In this document: piece after piece, positions 9,604 to 20,508 of the stretch
Numbering within the stretch: the first letter of the stretch is position 1
Layout: each line of letters begins with the position of its first letter
Origin: a virus
Length of the DNA stretch: 64,000 nucleotides
Reading direction: 5' to 3' (one strand)
IMG/VR virus record: IMGVR_UViG_3300033145_001255
Coordinates: 5,216 to 69,215 of that record
Notes under the pieces: model-generated
The model's database searches: none
What the model saw: only the letters and a program-made list of their open reading frames with translations
Told to the model about the DNA's origin: nothing
Made by a program: the position numbers and the translations under genes

Positions 9604-10218
9604 ATGGGAAACTTATTATATTCCGATTATGAAAGCATTGATTTCATGGGCGCAAACTGTACGTGTTCTAGCGGAACTATCAACAGGCGCTATAAAGACA
9701 TTGTTAAGCTAAGCGATAAAGAATGTATCGTCACACTTGACGGCAAGGATATTACTTCTCAGACAAGGATAGAAAATCATGACGTTGTATTCTTAGGCAC
9801 AGTGTTTAATCATGACTCGATAACTATTTATTATAAGGACAAGTGCAACAGACAAATCAAGTTCAATGCGTGGGACGAGAAGGGCAAGCGCATGATTCTA
9901 TGGGATGATATTGAAGCGATAGAGCGCGACCGGGTTTGGCTGCGCGGCTCTCAGCAGTTCACGGCTTTTGTCAAGCTGTTGCAGTTAATAGGACGAAAAG
10001 ATAAAGGTTCAAAAGAGATTTGTGAAGGCGACATTCTGGAATCTTCAAATGGACTAAAGTGTATTGTAATCTGGAATGATTATACATTATCATTTCTTGC
10101 TAAGTATCCATATCATAATGGATTTAGGCTCGATAATATTTTTGAGGATTATGATAAAGAGGATTATCTAATAATCGGAAACAGATACCAAGACAAGGAG
10201 AAGATGCATAATGAGTGA
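9604..10218 (+). CDS. Small beta-domain (like 25716/26020) fused to a YopX domain
   Basis: IKFNAWD..LLQLIGRKDKGSKEICEGDIL..IIGNRYQD is a YopX signature. TATATAAA ~30 nt upstream favours ATG 9604 over 9547. Confidence 0.7.
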   Translation: MGNLLYSDYESIDFMGANCTCSSGTINRRYKDIVKLSDKECIVTLDGKDITSQTRIENHDVVFLGTVFNHDSITIYYKDKCNRQIKFNAWDEKGKRMILWDDIEAIERDRVWLRGSQQFTAFVKLLQLIGRKDKGSKEICEGDILESSNGLKCIVIWNDYTLSFLAKYPYHNGFRLDNIFEDYDKEDYLIIGNRYQDKEKMHNE

Positions 10219-10705
10219 ACCGCTAGATATATTCAGAATTGAAGAAATATTACCTAAAGTAATTCGACATAAATTTCCAAATGATTCTAAGCTTATCCAG
10301 AATCACTTTGATATAGATTATAAAACGCGCAACGTAGGCGGCTTTAATAAATCGGATATTGTTATAAGCTACAACATAAAGCAAGTAGTGACATTAGACC
10401 CAGAGGTTATTATGGATGCGCGCAACAAACCCGCACTAATTCAATCTTTCATACTGAACAGTTTCGAGAAATTGATATACGAAATCAAGAGACAGATGTT
10501 ATTGACTGTAAAAAAAAGGTTCCAACTTAAACAGTTTTACGCGAGTTACAAGAGTACAGGACAGATGGATATTAAGTTTGTAGAAGATGTAACTGTTGAC
10601 GAAGGAGTGATTATAATTCACCCTGAAACACTAAACGAACTTAGAAGGAGTTCGCTTTACGGCGAGCAGATACTTGAAATTAAAAACGGAGAAGACCAGA
10701 AATGA
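10211..10705 (+). CDS. Hypothetical protein
   Basis: 164-aa ORF overlapping both neighbours. Confidence 0.5.
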   Translation: MSEPLDIFRIEEILPKVIRHKFPNDSKLIQNHFDIDYKTRNVGGFNKSDIVISYNIKQVVTLDPEVIMDARNKPALIQSFILNSFEKLIYEIKRQMLLTVKKRFQLKQFYASYKSTGQMDIKFVEDVTVDEGVIIIHPETLNELRRSSLYGEQILEIKNGEDQK

Positions 10706-10833
10706 AACCTCTTGACGGGCACATGAAATGCCAGAAGGATATGCTGTTCGTACTGGACAAGCTAAAAGTCCACCCGCGCGAGAGCAATAACTCGGCACTG
10801 TGCAGGCTGATGTTCGGGACTACGGAGTTGTAG
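10702..10833 (+). CDS. Small archaeal ribbon-helix-helix-like protein
   Basis: 43 aa, LDKLKVHPRES...LCRL motif, ATGA overlap with the upstream gene. Confidence 0.5.
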   Translation: MKPLDGHMKCQKDMLFVLDKLKVHPRESNNSALCRLMFGTTEL

Positions 10834-10934
10834 AATTATGATATCTTTGGATGAATGGGGATTTTTTGCAGCAGGGATGACGTTTGGTTTATCGGTCGCC
10901 GTAATCATACTGGATCCAGCCGGATTGCGAAGAA

Positions 10935-11366
10935 ATGGGGATTAATATGGATACAAGCGAGAAATATATCGAGATGTGCAAGCAAGCGAAAGAGATACAG
11001 GACTCTTGGAAAACTCACTGCGGGGATACTGTAACTTGTGACAATCCCAAAGATGGACGTATAGTAATTGTTATTACGGGTCAAAAGGATTTAGACAGAG
11101 ATTGCGAATTTCTTGATGTAATTTTTCCACATTCTTACGGACAAAATAGAGATTATAAAAGAAAAGACTTGATGGTATATCTACCACGCCAGGACCAACT
11201 GCAAGAAATGATTGGCGACTTCTCGACATGCTTACAGATTATGATTGATTTCCCGCCAGGAATATATATGGCTGACTCAGGCGAGCAATTATGGCTTAGT
11301 AAACTTATGGAAATCAAGTATCGGAAACTATGGGACGAGGGCAAGAGCGAGTGGGTGGATATCTGA
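10935..11366 (+). CDS. Hypothetical protein, paralog of 60572-61021
   Basis: Shared YI.MC..+KEIQ, P.QD.LQ.MI, E..WL...M and WD..W motifs. Confidence 0.65.
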   Translation: MGINMDTSEKYIEMCKQAKEIQDSWKTHCGDTVTCDNPKDGRIVIVITGQKDLDRDCEFLDVIFPHSYGQNRDYKRKDLMVYLPRQDQLQEMIGDFSTCLQIMIDFPPGIYMADSGEQLWLSKLMEIKYRKLWDEGKSEWVDI

Positions 11367-11624
11367 TGGAACTTATAGGTTGGACGTTAATCGAATGGGG
11401 TACATTCATTGTTACAATAGTAATTGGAATCATTTCGGCAAAAGTAATATTCGGAACTATGAACAAACTGAAGTTTGAAAATATAGCAGCTAAGTATTGG
11501 TTTATATTTAAAATCATAATGATAACCGCAATTTATTTCATTGTCATATTTTCGATAATGGTGGTAATAACGAGGTTTTTATTATGATGGACGAGGGCAA
11601 GAGCGAGTGGGTGGATATCTGATG
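11333..11624 (+). repeat. 36-bp exact direct repeat (11333-11368, 11589-11624) flanking a membrane-protein ORF (11366-11587)
   Basis: GGACGAGGGCAAGAGCGAGTGGGTGGATATCTGATG occurs twice. Confidence 0.9.
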
Positions 11625-11709
11625 TTTGATACTATATTGCAGGCAGTACTCGAAACCATTGGATTGATTATTGGAGTAGCTATGGGTATCGTTATAGCAA
11701 ATTGTATAA

Positions 11710-12825
11710 TTGATTGGTTGGAGAAGAGATGATATGACAAACAAACTAAACTTCTGCTATTGCGCGTATAACGTCTTCTCGGACATATTTGATGCAGACC
11801 CAAATATGAGCGGTTGCTATCAGTGGATACGAGCATTCAACGGCAAGGCAATGAACCTGCGCGATTTCTATAAGGACAAGAAAGGACTGCCAAAAGCATG
11901 CCGGTCAGACCAGAGATTACTGCGCAAGGAAATCAAGGCTCGAATAGAGGAGTTCGACGTCGTCATGGTAAATTCTGATCCTGCGGATTGCAGGCTCATG
12001 CAGGAACTCAGAGAAATACTCGGGCATAACTCGTCAACGCAATTAGTCCTGAACCAAGACCATGCACCTGAACTATGGGCTGGCGCCTACGAGTTCCCGC
12101 AGGATTTCAAGGAACCGATATTCGCGGCTGATAAAGTATTCGCAACCAGCCCGACAGCGCAGAAGTGCATGCAGGCATTGGTCGGGTTCGATTCAAAGAC
12201 CAAAATCCATCTATGCCCGCACCCATGCGAGACTCACGTCATCAAGCATATGCGCTCGGTGTTCGAGTCAGACCACTTACTGGTGTTCTGGCATCGTTAC
12301 GGCGGGGGTGAGAACTTCCTGCCCTATATAGTTGCCAGTCAGTGTTATGATAATGTTACCCTGTGCGGGCATATGGAAGGAGACGACAAGCACCTGCGTA
12401 GGACGCGTTGTACTTTCAAGCAGGTGATACCTGCATTGAACTATCCTTCATTTGTTAAACTGCTCGTCGAGGCTAAGTTCGCGTTCGAGCCGTTCCAGAG
12501 CTATAGCTTCGGGCGCAATACCTGTGACTCGGCAGCAGTTGGCTTGCCGGTGGTCGGCAACAGGAACATATATTCCATGCAGATAAACTATCCCATGACC
12601 TGCGTTGACCCGTATGACGCGACAAAGATATACGCGCTGTTCGACAGGTTGAAGAAAGACCCTGCGTTCTACTCGGACGTTTCGCAAGTTGCGAGCTTCA
12701 ATAGCAATTACTTCGGGCATGATATGTGCAGACAGAGGTTCATGGCAATGCTGGAATCTGACAAGCCGAGCATGGTCGAGAACGTGGAGAAGCACGCTAT
12801 GAGAGGGGAGGCTGATGCGTTATGA
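11710..12825 (+). CDS. Glycosyltransferase (GT-B-like), paralog of 31825-32766
   Basis: C-terminal EPFQSYSFGRNTCDSAAVGLPVVG is a GT-B nucleotide-binding motif. VLNQDH and PHPCETH are shared with the paralog. Confidence 0.7.
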   Translation: MIGWRRDDMTNKLNFCYCAYNVFSDIFDADPNMSGCYQWIRAFNGKAMNLRDFYKDKKGLPKACRSDQRLLRKEIKARIEEFDVVMVNSDPADCRLMQELREILGHNSSTQLVLNQDHAPELWAGAYEFPQDFKEPIFAADKVFATSPTAQKCMQALVGFDSKTKIHLCPHPCETHVIKHMRSVFESDHLLVFWHRYGGGENFLPYIVASQCYDNVTLCGHMEGDDKHLRRTRCTFKQVIPALNYPSFVKLLVEAKFAFEPFQSYSFGRNTCDSAAVGLPVVGNRNIYSMQINYPMTCVDPYDATKIYALFDRLKKDPAFYSDVSQVASFNSNYFGHDMCRQRFMAMLESDKPSMVENVEKHAMRGEADAL

Positions 12826-13488
12826 ATTCTAAAACTAAACTTACGATTGTAAATGATAAAGATGATGACCGCCGTCTAATAAGAATTGATATCGAACTAA
12901 AAGAAGATTTGAAAAAAGGATATCATCGGTTTGATATTGCTGATTGCATCAGTTTACGCGACGTTGAGTGCGGCCTGACTTATCTTGATTTAGTTCCAGA
13001 AGTAAAGAAGAAGAAACCTGCATGCGCTAAGGAGGCTGATGCGTTATGAATGAACTAAAGATATATTGCGTACTAATTCAACTTGGACTGACATATGTGA
13101 TAATTGGCATTTCCAAATGCATTTCTTCGCAGGGTGCATTTGTCCTAACAATCGCGACGATTGGAGTCATAGGAGGACTTATTGATATGGTAATTGATCG
13201 TTATTCAAATTGCAATATTTCACTTCTTACATGTTTATTTTGGCCGCTGACTCTAATATGGATTTTTTCAAGAATATCAGAAGATGAGGAGGCTGATTCG
13301 TTATGATATCTGAAATAATAACACTCGTATTATCTCTGCTGTTGGGCTTTGCCCTGCTCGGGATTGTAGTTGCCGTATGCGGGACAGTGTTTGTAATTAC
13401 GTTGATTTATTCGCTTAACATAATAGAGAATATTCTTGATTGGGTGAATGAGAAACTCGAAAAGAAGAAGGATAATGATGCGTTATGA
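12807..13488 (+). repeat. Four GGAGGCTGATGCGTTATGA-type gene-junction repeats joining ORFs 12822-13049, 13046-13306 and 13303-13488
   Basis: Copies at 12807, 13031, 13288 and ~13470. ORFs end EADAL/EADAL/EADSL/DNDAL. Confidence 0.8.
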
Positions 13489-13698
13489 TAGACCACATTA
13501 CCAACGCCAAGAACATAAACGAGCTGCCGAGTTTCGACGCTGACGATTATCCAAAGATATCGCGCTCTGACCTGCGCTCGTTTGGAATCTCGAAAGTCAA
13601 GCAGTTGCGCGCAAAGTATGATTCAGATGTGTTTGACTCTGTGGCAGAAGTAGTAGGCGCTGATAAGATGCTAAAGATAATATTCAATTTAAGCGAGG

Positions 13699-14544
13699 AT
13701 GATATCCGTGAAGATTAAGACCAGAACAGAATTAAAGGATGGCGATATCAAGCCGGAAGCGTTTGTAGGATTGCCTCTGAAATATAAAGGCAAAACTGTC
13801 GGCAAATGCGTTGCTGCGCAATATACTAACGGCGAAGGCTTCGCTGAAATGGAATATGAAATATCAGACAAAGAAATCATGAAAGAACTTACCACTGGTA
13901 ATAAGGGTGGCAAGTCTATTGAATTTGATAATATATCATTGCCAATGCAGATTCCAGAACTATCGACAGCCAGCAAGCCATTCAAGCAGGCGCGCATCAA
14001 GATAGTCCTATCGTTAGTCTATGACTTCATGCAGGTCCCGTATGTAAAAAGCCTGATGAACCTAAAGAAGCCGGGCTATACCAACCTCGACATATCGCGC
14101 GGACCGCAGATACTCGCAATGAACAATTCAATGAGTGACTTCGAGGACTACGACGCTATCTTATTGACTGAGTGGGACCATGACTTCGAGCCGGACGCGC
14201 TCGAGAAACTATGGAACATGAACGTGCCTGTTGCCAGTGCATTGTTCAAGTCGAGAAATGGCGACCATAACTGGCTATTGATAGACGAGTCAGGCGAGGA
14301 GAACATGTACGTGTCGCCAGTAAGCATGACAGACCCGTTCAGGATTGACTGTACTGGCTTGGGTTTTATGCTGATAAGGAAAGAAGTATTGGCGAAGATA
14401 GGCAGGCCTATATTCAAGCCGTTCCTGGAACTGCATAATAATATTGACAGGCAGCTATGCCGCGATATCAAGACGGCGGGCTTTGATGTGATGATCAACC
14501 CGCAAGTCAGGCTCGGGCACTACGGCACGGAGAGGATTTTTTGA
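13699..14544 (+). CDS. GT-A/GT2-like glycosyltransferase with an extra N-terminal domain
   Basis: ILLTEWDH (DxD-like), TGLGFMLIRKEVL, D..LCRD.K.AGF.V..NP.V.LGH. N-terminus resembles 15346-15612. Confidence 0.65.
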   Translation: MISVKIKTRTELKDGDIKPEAFVGLPLKYKGKTVGKCVAAQYTNGEGFAEMEYEISDKEIMKELTTGNKGGKSIEFDNISLPMQIPELSTASKPFKQARIKIVLSLVYDFMQVPYVKSLMNLKKPGYTNLDISRGPQILAMNNSMSDFEDYDAILLTEWDHDFEPDALEKLWNMNVPVASALFKSRNGDHNWLLIDESGEENMYVSPVSMTDPFRIDCTGLGFMLIRKEVLAKIGRPIFKPFLELHNNIDRQLCRDIKTAGFDVMINPQVRLGHYGTERIF

Positions 14545-14809
14545 TGAATCTTAAAAGCGAGAAAGAAGAAGTAGACTTCAAGAAAGAACGCGAATTTGGT
14601 GGTACGGAAGCGCCGCCAAAAACAACGCGCGACAAGGTAGAGGCATGGCTAAAGGCAATGCCGAAAGAACTTATACTTTCCAGTGGTGTTGAGTTAAGGA
14701 AAATAACAACAACAGAACAATCAGTAGATGAACGTACACCATTTATTGTTGACAATGGGTACGAGATTACAATGAACTTCAAGACCGCGACATGGGAGGA
14801 AGATTTGAA

Positions 14810-15349
14810 ATGAAAACGCTAGAAGATTTACGAGAAAGTGAACCCGCAGTAGGAATACTGTTTTCAGAAAGACTTAAAATTAATAGGGCAGCAACAGTGT
14901 TATCCGAACAGGAAACAAAAGCGTATAATGCAGGATTCAAGAAAGGCAATGATGCACTGTGGTTTGAAGCGAGACAGTCAGCGATAAGGCAAGTCAAATT
15001 ATTAAATAAGATTCTTGTTATGGTTCCGCATAGCACGGTGAATACTTCTATTGATGGAACACATTATAGACCTATTTACGAATTATTAAATCACGAAACA
15101 GATATCTCTGACAGTCATTTAGGTAGTTATGCAAAAAGAAATAAAATATCTAAAGAGGATGCATTGCGAAAACTAAATAATATTATGGTTGTCATCTCTG
15201 AGAAAAAGAAAGAGCAGGAGATGCTTATGGCTTTATTCGGATTAAAAAGAGAAGAAGAAGATTTCGGAAACGAAACATTCTTGCACGTTGAGACTCTCAG
15301 AGATTATCTGATTAAATTTAACAATATAAGTGAGGCTGATTTGAAATGA
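14810..15349 (+). CDS. Hypothetical protein of a paralog family (with 13485-13718 and 51860-52147)
   Basis: KTL.D/Q, R..AI...K and F(N/D)I...DL motifs. Confidence 0.5.
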   Translation: MKTLEDLRESEPAVGILFSERLKINRAATVLSEQETKAYNAGFKKGNDALWFEARQSAIRQVKLLNKILVMVPHSTVNTSIDGTHYRPIYELLNHETDISDSHLGSYAKRNKISKEDALRKLNNIMVVISEKKKEQEMLMALFGLKREEEDFGNETFLHVETLRDYLIKFNNISEADLK

Positions 15350-15801
15350 GGATTTCAACTATAGCTGAATTAAATATTTGTGTTGACCCACAAGCGTTTA
15401 TAGGTCTACCTCTAATGTGGAAAGGTGTAGATAGAGGTATTGTGTTGGCAGCACATTATATCCGCGACACAGATAAAATTACCATCGAAACAGAAGTAAC
15501 CGACAAAGAAATGATTAAAGAGATTGATAAGGGACTCATAGAAAAGTTGAAGGTATTGGATAGGCATAACTTAACTCAATCAGAAATATATGATATTATT
15601 AAATTAACATAAGCGAGGCTGATTTAAAATGACCGTCTGCAACCTATGCGGCTACGACAACGAGAAGCCAATAGGGCGCGTAGCCGAGGACTCGAAGGAA
15701 GGAGAAGATGTGGCAGTTACATTAAACGACAATGGCTTGAAGGCAATGTTTTGCCTTAAGGGTCACATGAAAGACAAGATGAAGAAGACGAGGATATCAT
15801 T

Positions 15802-16863
15802 ATGAAAACAGCAATAGTAATACCGACAATCAAGACAGTACCAGACTGCATACTCACATTAAATGCAGATATAATCATAGTACGCGACAAGGGCAGACCA
15901 CAACAAAGCGACGAGTTCGATACAATCACAAAGCGCAAGCAATGGCTAAACAAGCACGTAGGTTTCGCGCCTGATTTCCTGTTGAGGAAGCAGGGCGACA
16001 GCGCAAGGAACTTCGGGCTATTAGTGGCATACCAGCGCGGCTATGACAGAGTAATCTCGATGGACGATGATGTCGAGGTCAAGGACGGGTTCCTGACAAG
16101 TCATAATGTTGGCAAGACAGATTCGGAATTATCCAGTATTGCATCGTGTAAGTTTCTGGATGTCATGGATTATATGGATGTTGATACTGAGAGTAATATC
16201 AAGCAACGCGGATATCCATTCGAGCTTAGAGATGAACATTCAGATTCGTTCAATTCAACGAGGAAGGGCAACGTAAAGATGAATATAGGGCTATGGTCTG
16301 GCATACCAGACTGCGGCGCGATTGATAAGATACTCGGCATTGACTGGAAGTGCAAGTGCGATCTCAAAGAGCAGATAGCAATACCTATCGGCACAGACGC
16401 GGCTACATGCACAATGAACCTGAGCATGACGAGAGATGTCATTCCCGCTTTCTACCAGCCGGACATGGGAGTAGAAATAATGCCTGGCATGAAGCTTGAC
16501 AGATTCGGCGATATGTGGGCTGGATACATCCTAAAGAAACTCATAGACATCAAGGGCGATATCATGACATTTGGAGCGCCCGTAGTCGAGCATCTGAAAG
16601 AGGGCGAGCTGAATAAAGAACTCGTAGGCGAGTATGTCGGCAATATGATGTATCGTGATTTTAGGGATATTGTTGACATATCAATTTCGCGTGTACGTGA
16701 AGATAGTTATCTGAATATGTATAAGGAATTTGTGTACGAGTTCAGTGAACGCGCAAGTAACATATGTACTCGACCTGATGCTTATCTTAAATATTTCCAG
16801 TTACTATCGCGCAATATGCTAGTCTGGATTAAGTGCATCGAGATGATAGACGAGGGGAATTGA
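15802..16863 (+). CDS. Reversibly glycosylated polypeptide / UDP-arabinopyranose mutase-like (GT75 family)
   Basis: IVIPTI, SARNFG, SMDDD, RGYPF, GLWSGIPD, MNL..RDVIPAFY, RFGDMWAG, FGAPVVEH are RGP family motifs. Confidence 0.8.
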   Translation: MKTAIVIPTIKTVPDCILTLNADIIIVRDKGRPQQSDEFDTITKRKQWLNKHVGFAPDFLLRKQGDSARNFGLLVAYQRGYDRVISMDDDVEVKDGFLTSHNVGKTDSELSSIASCKFLDVMDYMDVDTESNIKQRGYPFELRDEHSDSFNSTRKGNVKMNIGLWSGIPDCGAIDKILGIDWKCKCDLKEQIAIPIGTDAATCTMNLSMTRDVIPAFYQPDMGVEIMPGMKLDRFGDMWAGYILKKLIDIKGDIMTFGAPVVEHLKEGELNKELVGEYVGNMMYRDFRDIVDISISRVREDSYLNMYKEFVYEFSERASNICTRPDAYLKYFQLLSRNMLVWIKCIEMIDEGN

Positions 16864-16864
16864 C

Positions 16865-17317
16865 ATGGAAAAACATAAATTGAAATGTAAGAACTGTGGA
16901 GAGAGAGCGAACGTGGTTGAGATTTGTCCTGATGCTAACGACGAGTATTTCTGCTCGCAGGAATGCATTGACAAAATCAACAGCAAAGAAGGGCGCGCTT
17001 ATCGTCTGCTCGGCGTGTTCGCGCTGAATGATGATGGCTCGACAGGCAAGAGATTGAGCAGGCAAGAGACAACTTACGACGACGACCTTAAGCTATTGGC
17101 GAAGTTCAAACCAAGCCTACTATTGAGAATCGGGTGGTGGATGACAGGCAAGGCAGATTCGTTGGCATCACAGGGAGACTTACAGTATAACTTAGATAAA
17201 ATCCATAAGCCAAACCCTGACGAGATTGATTTCCTAAAGGCATACTATGCCAAGCGCGAACTCGACAGGCGGGCACGCAATCAGAAGAAGTTTATCGAGG
17301 GCTTGAAGAAGAAGTGA
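16865..17317 (+). CDS. Zn-finger (CxxC...FCSxxC) hypothetical protein
   Basis: CKNC and FCSQEC. Confidence 0.5.
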   Translation: MEKHKLKCKNCGERANVVEICPDANDEYFCSQECIDKINSKEGRAYRLLGVFALNDDGSTGKRLSRQETTYDDDLKLLAKFKPSLLLRIGWWMTGKADSLASQGDLQYNLDKIHKPNPDEIDFLKAYYAKRELDRRARNQKKFIEGLKKK

Positions 17318-18420
17318 TTATAATGGAAAGGCAACCAGTGAAAGTAGAGAAAGTAGATAATGGCGTATTACGGTGGTTCAAATGCGAGTCATGCGGTAAA
17401 ACATCAGAAGACTGGATAGATACAAAAACCTCTAACTGCTTTGCTAATACTGGCCTATGTCATAGGTGTTATTATGATAGCCTAAAACCAATCCAGGGAT
17501 TCACGCTGATAGCAGAAAAAGATATGATTAAAGTTCCATACCGAACTGTCGGAAAAGAGAAGGAGGAGAACATTATGGACAAGATGATAAAAGGAATAAG
17601 CAAAGTCCTAAACCCGAAGAAGCAGGGCAAGACCGCGCGCGAGGACAAGTGCGTGGTAATCGGGCATATGGGTGAAGTTGGTTCTGCGCTAAAGAAGATG
17701 ATTGAAGGAGCAGACTATTGGTGCGCAGGCTTCGACCTAAGCTGCAGCGAGAAGATAGCTAACGATACCGAAGTAAAGTTCATGCACATAACCATCCCGT
17801 ACATCAACCAGAAGCAGTTCACAAGCGCAGTTCTTGGCTACGCAAAAGAAATCAAGCCTGAGATAATGATAATACACTCGACAGTCATCCCGGGCACAAC
17901 TAGACACATCCGAAAGCAGATGGAGAAATGGGCTGGCAGGCCTCAGCTCGCATACTCGCCATGCAGGGGCCAGCATACTAAGCTCATGGAAGACTTCAAG
18001 CGCTACGACAAGTGGGTTGCCAGCGAGCAGAAATGCAGGGAGTCTGTTGAGTTCCATCTCAAACATCTCGGCATGCGCGCTATCGGATTCTCAGACAGGC
18101 AATGGGAACATCTCGAAGTCAGCAAGCTTATAGACACAAGCCAGTACGGGATACTCATCACATACGCGCAGGTTGCCAACAGGCTCGCCAGTAAATACAA
18201 TGTTCCTTATAGTATGGTGCGCGACTTCATGAGCCAGACAAACGAGCTATACAATAACAGGCCAGATATAACCCCCGGCTATGTGGGCGGTAAGTGCGTG
18301 AGGCAGAACATAGACCTACTAAAGCGCATCATGCCGCACGAGCTATGGCGTGTATTCGAGCAGAGCAACAGACAGCGCGCTAAGGAGTTGGGCTTAAGCC
18401 CGGACGAGATGAAAGAGTAA
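17314..18420 (+). CDS. NDP-sugar dehydrogenase (UDP-glucose/GDP-mannose/UDP-ManNAc dehydrogenase-like) with N-terminal Zn-finger extension
   Basis: VIGHMGEVG Rossmann motif, IIHSTVIPGTT, YSP, EVSKL, PGYVGGKC catalytic Cys. Confidence 0.8.
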   Translation: MIIMERQPVKVEKVDNGVLRWFKCESCGKTSEDWIDTKTSNCFANTGLCHRCYYDSLKPIQGFTLIAEKDMIKVPYRTVGKEKEENIMDKMIKGISKVLNPKKQGKTAREDKCVVIGHMGEVGSALKKMIEGADYWCAGFDLSCSEKIANDTEVKFMHITIPYINQKQFTSAVLGYAKEIKPEIMIIHSTVIPGTTRHIRKQMEKWAGRPQLAYSPCRGQHTKLMEDFKRYDKWVASEQKCRESVEFHLKHLGMRAIGFSDRQWEHLEVSKLIDTSQYGILITYAQVANRLASKYNVPYSMVRDFMSQTNELYNNRPDITPGYVGGKCVRQNIDLLKRIMPHELWRVFEQSNRQRAKELGLSPDEMKE

Positions 18421-19313
18421 ATCATAGTTAAGGCCAGCCACCTTAACGGCGTAGAGTTTAGGGTTGGTTAATCTCCCTCCATACCCTAAACCCTACATTA
18501 TTGTTACGAGAATAAATAACTATCGGATGGTGGAAATTATGAGAGAGTTTATGGCAATGGATGTTTCAGAGACAGTCAAGATGACAAAGAACGCGCAGGA
18601 CGAGCTTGTACGCGCCAAGAAGTTCAAGACAAATTTCCTTAACGGCGATTTGATTAAGATTACTGTAACAGAAGAAAATGTAGAAAATTGCAGTTTCACA
18701 ATAGGAGACAGGTACGACTTCAAGGCAATCGAGACGCAGAAGAAACTAAAGGTGAAGAAGAAAGATGACTCTTGAAGATGATGAACGCGCACGCGTATAG
18801 CATAGCATAAGACTAAATTATGAATGAAATAGGAGATGAAGAATGATGGAACTAGTATGGTGCTGCACAGTAGATGTGCTTGATGACTTGAAGAGAATAA
18901 TGGAACAGGAGTTGAAAGAATGAAACCCGATTTGGAAGCTAAACTTAAAGAGGCAGAAAGAGTATCCAAAGAAATTGAAGAGATTGATTCATTGTCTGCT
19001 GATTTAAAGTCATGCAAGCGTGTGAGCAAGAAGATGAACAACAGATTTATAGCGATATTGACAGGTGATAATAAATGACAACTTCAGAACAGAAATTGTC
19101 TGGCGAGTTCGACGCGAAAGTATGGACTGAGGAATTTGTGAAGATGGTAAAGGCAAAGCCAGAAATAGCAACAGACGAAGGCACAATGCTCGGCTGGTTC
19201 GCGAATGCAATCATGACGGGTTACGACAAGCGCGCCAGTGAGGAAGAGCTTGAAGAGTTCCCATCTGAGTCAGTACGGGCGCGCAACAAGGCAGGCTCGG
19301 ATATGGACGAGAG

Positions 19314-20210
19314 ATGGTGTCCGTGGAAGAAAGATATATGCAGGAGATGATTGATATGAAGACGACAATAATTTATCATAGGGACATGGATGGAATTGCA
19401 TCAGCAGTTATAGCACAAAGAAAATATCCAGATGCAGAATTAAGATGTATTGACTACAATGAACGTGCAGATTTCGAGTTTGGAAATTTACATGACAACA
19501 GAATAGTCATTGTAGATTTCTCATTCGATAATGAAACTATGAGTATGTTGCACAGAAAGGCAGGAGAATTAATCTGGATAGACCACCATAAAACAGCCAA
19601 AGAGATGAGCGCCTGGGATTCAAAAATACCTGGCAAACGGTCAATAGATGAAGCTGCTTGTAAATTGACATGGCAGTACTTCAATAAAGAAGATGTGCCT
19701 TATGCTATTGAACTTATTGCTGATTGGGATATGTGGCTGTTCAAGTTCAAAGAAGACACGAAAGCATTTCACGAATATTGCAACCTGTTTGATATTGAAG
19801 ACATAGGAGACATAATCCAATTATCTAATCTGCTACTGGTTGGAAACAGAGGGGTGATTGATGACTGCATCAAAGAAGGAATAACTCTCTTGAAATACAA
19901 ACTAGCGCACGTTAAACGCATCGTGAAAAAAGGGCGTATGTTACAGAATGAATCGGGTATCATGACATTTGAAGTTATGTGCCCTCTATTCATATCGGAC
20001 ATCGGCGATTATATTCTTAAGACTTATGCTGGTGTTGACATTGCCATAATCAAACAACGAGTCTGGAACGACAAGAAAGATATTTGGGATGAGATTGTTT
20101 CTCTACGCAGCAGGAAAGATAGTGACGTGGATGTATCTCTGATTGCCAAAGAGCGCGGTGGTGGCGGGCATAAACACGCAGCAGGTTATGTTGTGTTTTG
20201 GAGGGATTGA
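19314..20210 (+). CDS. DHH/DHHA1 family phosphoesterase
   Basis: IIYHRDMDG, VDFS, WIDHH, SLRS, GGGGHKHAAG. True start probably ~19347-19356. Confidence 0.9.
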   Translation: MVSVEERYMQEMIDMKTTIIYHRDMDGIASAVIAQRKYPDAELRCIDYNERADFEFGNLHDNRIVIVDFSFDNETMSMLHRKAGELIWIDHHKTAKEMSAWDSKIPGKRSIDEAACKLTWQYFNKEDVPYAIELIADWDMWLFKFKEDTKAFHEYCNLFDIEDIGDIIQLSNLLLVGNRGVIDDCIKEGITLLKYKLAHVKRIVKKGRMLQNESGIMTFEVMCPLFISDIGDYILKTYAGVDIAIIKQRVWNDKKDIWDEIVSLRSRKDSDVDVSLIAKERGGGGHKHAAGYVVFWRD

Positions 20211-20508
20211 TATGATTAAGAAATTCAGGAAGAAACCAGTGATAATTGAAGCAATACAATGGGACGGAACAGAACAATCTGCACTAGAAATTGTAAGATG
20301 GATGAACGGTAACTCTACTCGATTTGAACGAGTTGCTAAAGGCTTGGCTAAAACTTGTGTTGAAATCGGGAAAATAAACATACATACAAAAGAAGGAGTT
20401 ATGACTGCGATTCCTTATAACTGGGTTATCAAAGGCATAGTAGGTGAATTTTATCCTTGTCGTGCAGACATATTCGCGCAGACTTACGAGCCAGTGGAGG
20501 ACGAGTAG
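20143..20508 (+). CDS. Conserved viral protein (KFRKKPV..EAIQW...GEFYPC..DIF..TY family)
   Basis: Recognisable motif. True start probably ATG ~20212. Confidence 0.7.
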   Translation: MPKSAVVAGINTQQVMLCFGGIDMIKKFRKKPVIIEAIQWDGTEQSALEIVRWMNGNSTRFERVAKGLAKTCVEIGKINIHTKEGVMTAIPYNWVIKGIVGEFYPCRADIFAQTYEPVEDE

